Source of the DNA: Lama guanicoe
Lineage: Eukaryota
NCBI GenBank assembly: GCA_013239625.1
Contig: MU054413.1
Coordinates: 1,364,001-1,428,000 of the forward strand
DNA: 64,000 nucleotides
Direction: 5' to 3'
Under the pieces are notes generated by a model. It was not told the origin of the DNA and did not search any database. It worked only from the letters and a program-made list of their open reading frames with translations. Positions 63,329-64,000 of the stretch are shown piece by piece. Position 1 is the stretch's first letter. Each line of letters begins with the position of its first letter. The translations under genes were made by a program, and so were the position numbers.

Positions 63329-64000
63329 TCAAGCAGACGCCGGTGGCATCTGGCTCCTGCCACTCACTGGCCTCAAGGCCAGCTGCCCTTCCTGACTTCT
63401 GTTTGCTTCTGCATCACCTGGAGATAACATTCCTTTCATAAGAATGTGAGGAAAATTAAATGAGATGATGCGTGAAGGTCTTCAGTCAGTGCCTGGTATG
63501 CAGTAGGCGCTCAAAAGCATTCCTTTGAAAAGAAGGTTGGTTCTCCCTCCAGGGAAGTCATGTCTGATGAGTGGCAGAGCAGGAGGGGACCAGGGCCAGA
63601 TCCACCACCCCCTAGCCAGGAACCAAGCGTCCAACACTCCCCAGGAAGGGCCTACTAAGAGCGTGTGTAACAGAAGTGTGCGCCCAGCGAGCCCCGGCCT
63701 CACGGGGTAACCGGCAGGCAGGGCCGGCGTGAGCCCCCTGGTGCAGGCCGAGGGGAGGTCCTGTAGCCAACACCTGACCAGCGAAGGCCTTCCTGGAAAA
63801 GCAAATGCAGGGGGCCTAGAGGGACGGCCGGGGTTTCCTGCCCTCAGGAGGAAGAGCAGCCACTTTGTCTGAGCACCTGCTGAGTTCCCGATCCCCCCCC
63901 ATGCACTTTAGAAATATGAGGAATTGAGTTAAGCCTCAGGATGGGCAGTTGAGGAAACGGAGGCTCAGAGAGGGTAACTGGTCACACAGAGAGGAAGAGG

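Overview
Mammalian genomic DNA, probably camelid judging from the abundant short tRNA-derived SINEs (inference, not confirmed). It holds the conserved retinal gene cluster RGR(-) / LRIT1(+) / LRIT2(+) / CDHR1(-). I reconstructed the exons by hand from GT-AG sites and reading-frame phase. RGR has 7 coding exons (876 nt, 291 aa, chromophore Lys255 intact), LRIT1 has 4 (1869 nt, 622 aa) and LRIT2 has 3 (1647 nt, 548 aa). The last ten CDHR1 exons are present (exons 8-17 in human numbering, 1941 nt, 646 aa + stop); its 5' part lies beyond the window. All four frames are open and phase-consistent, with no sign of pseudogenisation. The first ~15 kb and the introns are mostly L1, L2, MIR, MaLR/ERV LTRs, hAT-type MERs and SINEs. 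I found no convincing new multi-gene system. The most unusual items are: a 603-bp polyadenylated non-coding insertion with a perfect 18-bp target-site duplication between LRIT2 and CDHR1; a smaller similar insertion downstream of the LRIT2 stop; a solo ERV LTR with a perfect TSD between the divergent RGR and LRIT1 promoters; two co-oriented extended CTCF motifs at the cluster edge; a 115-bp non-tandem local duplication in LRIT1 intron 2; and a tandem SINE pair inside one TSD. Comparisons with human or other orthologs and all repeat family names are from memory and were not computed.
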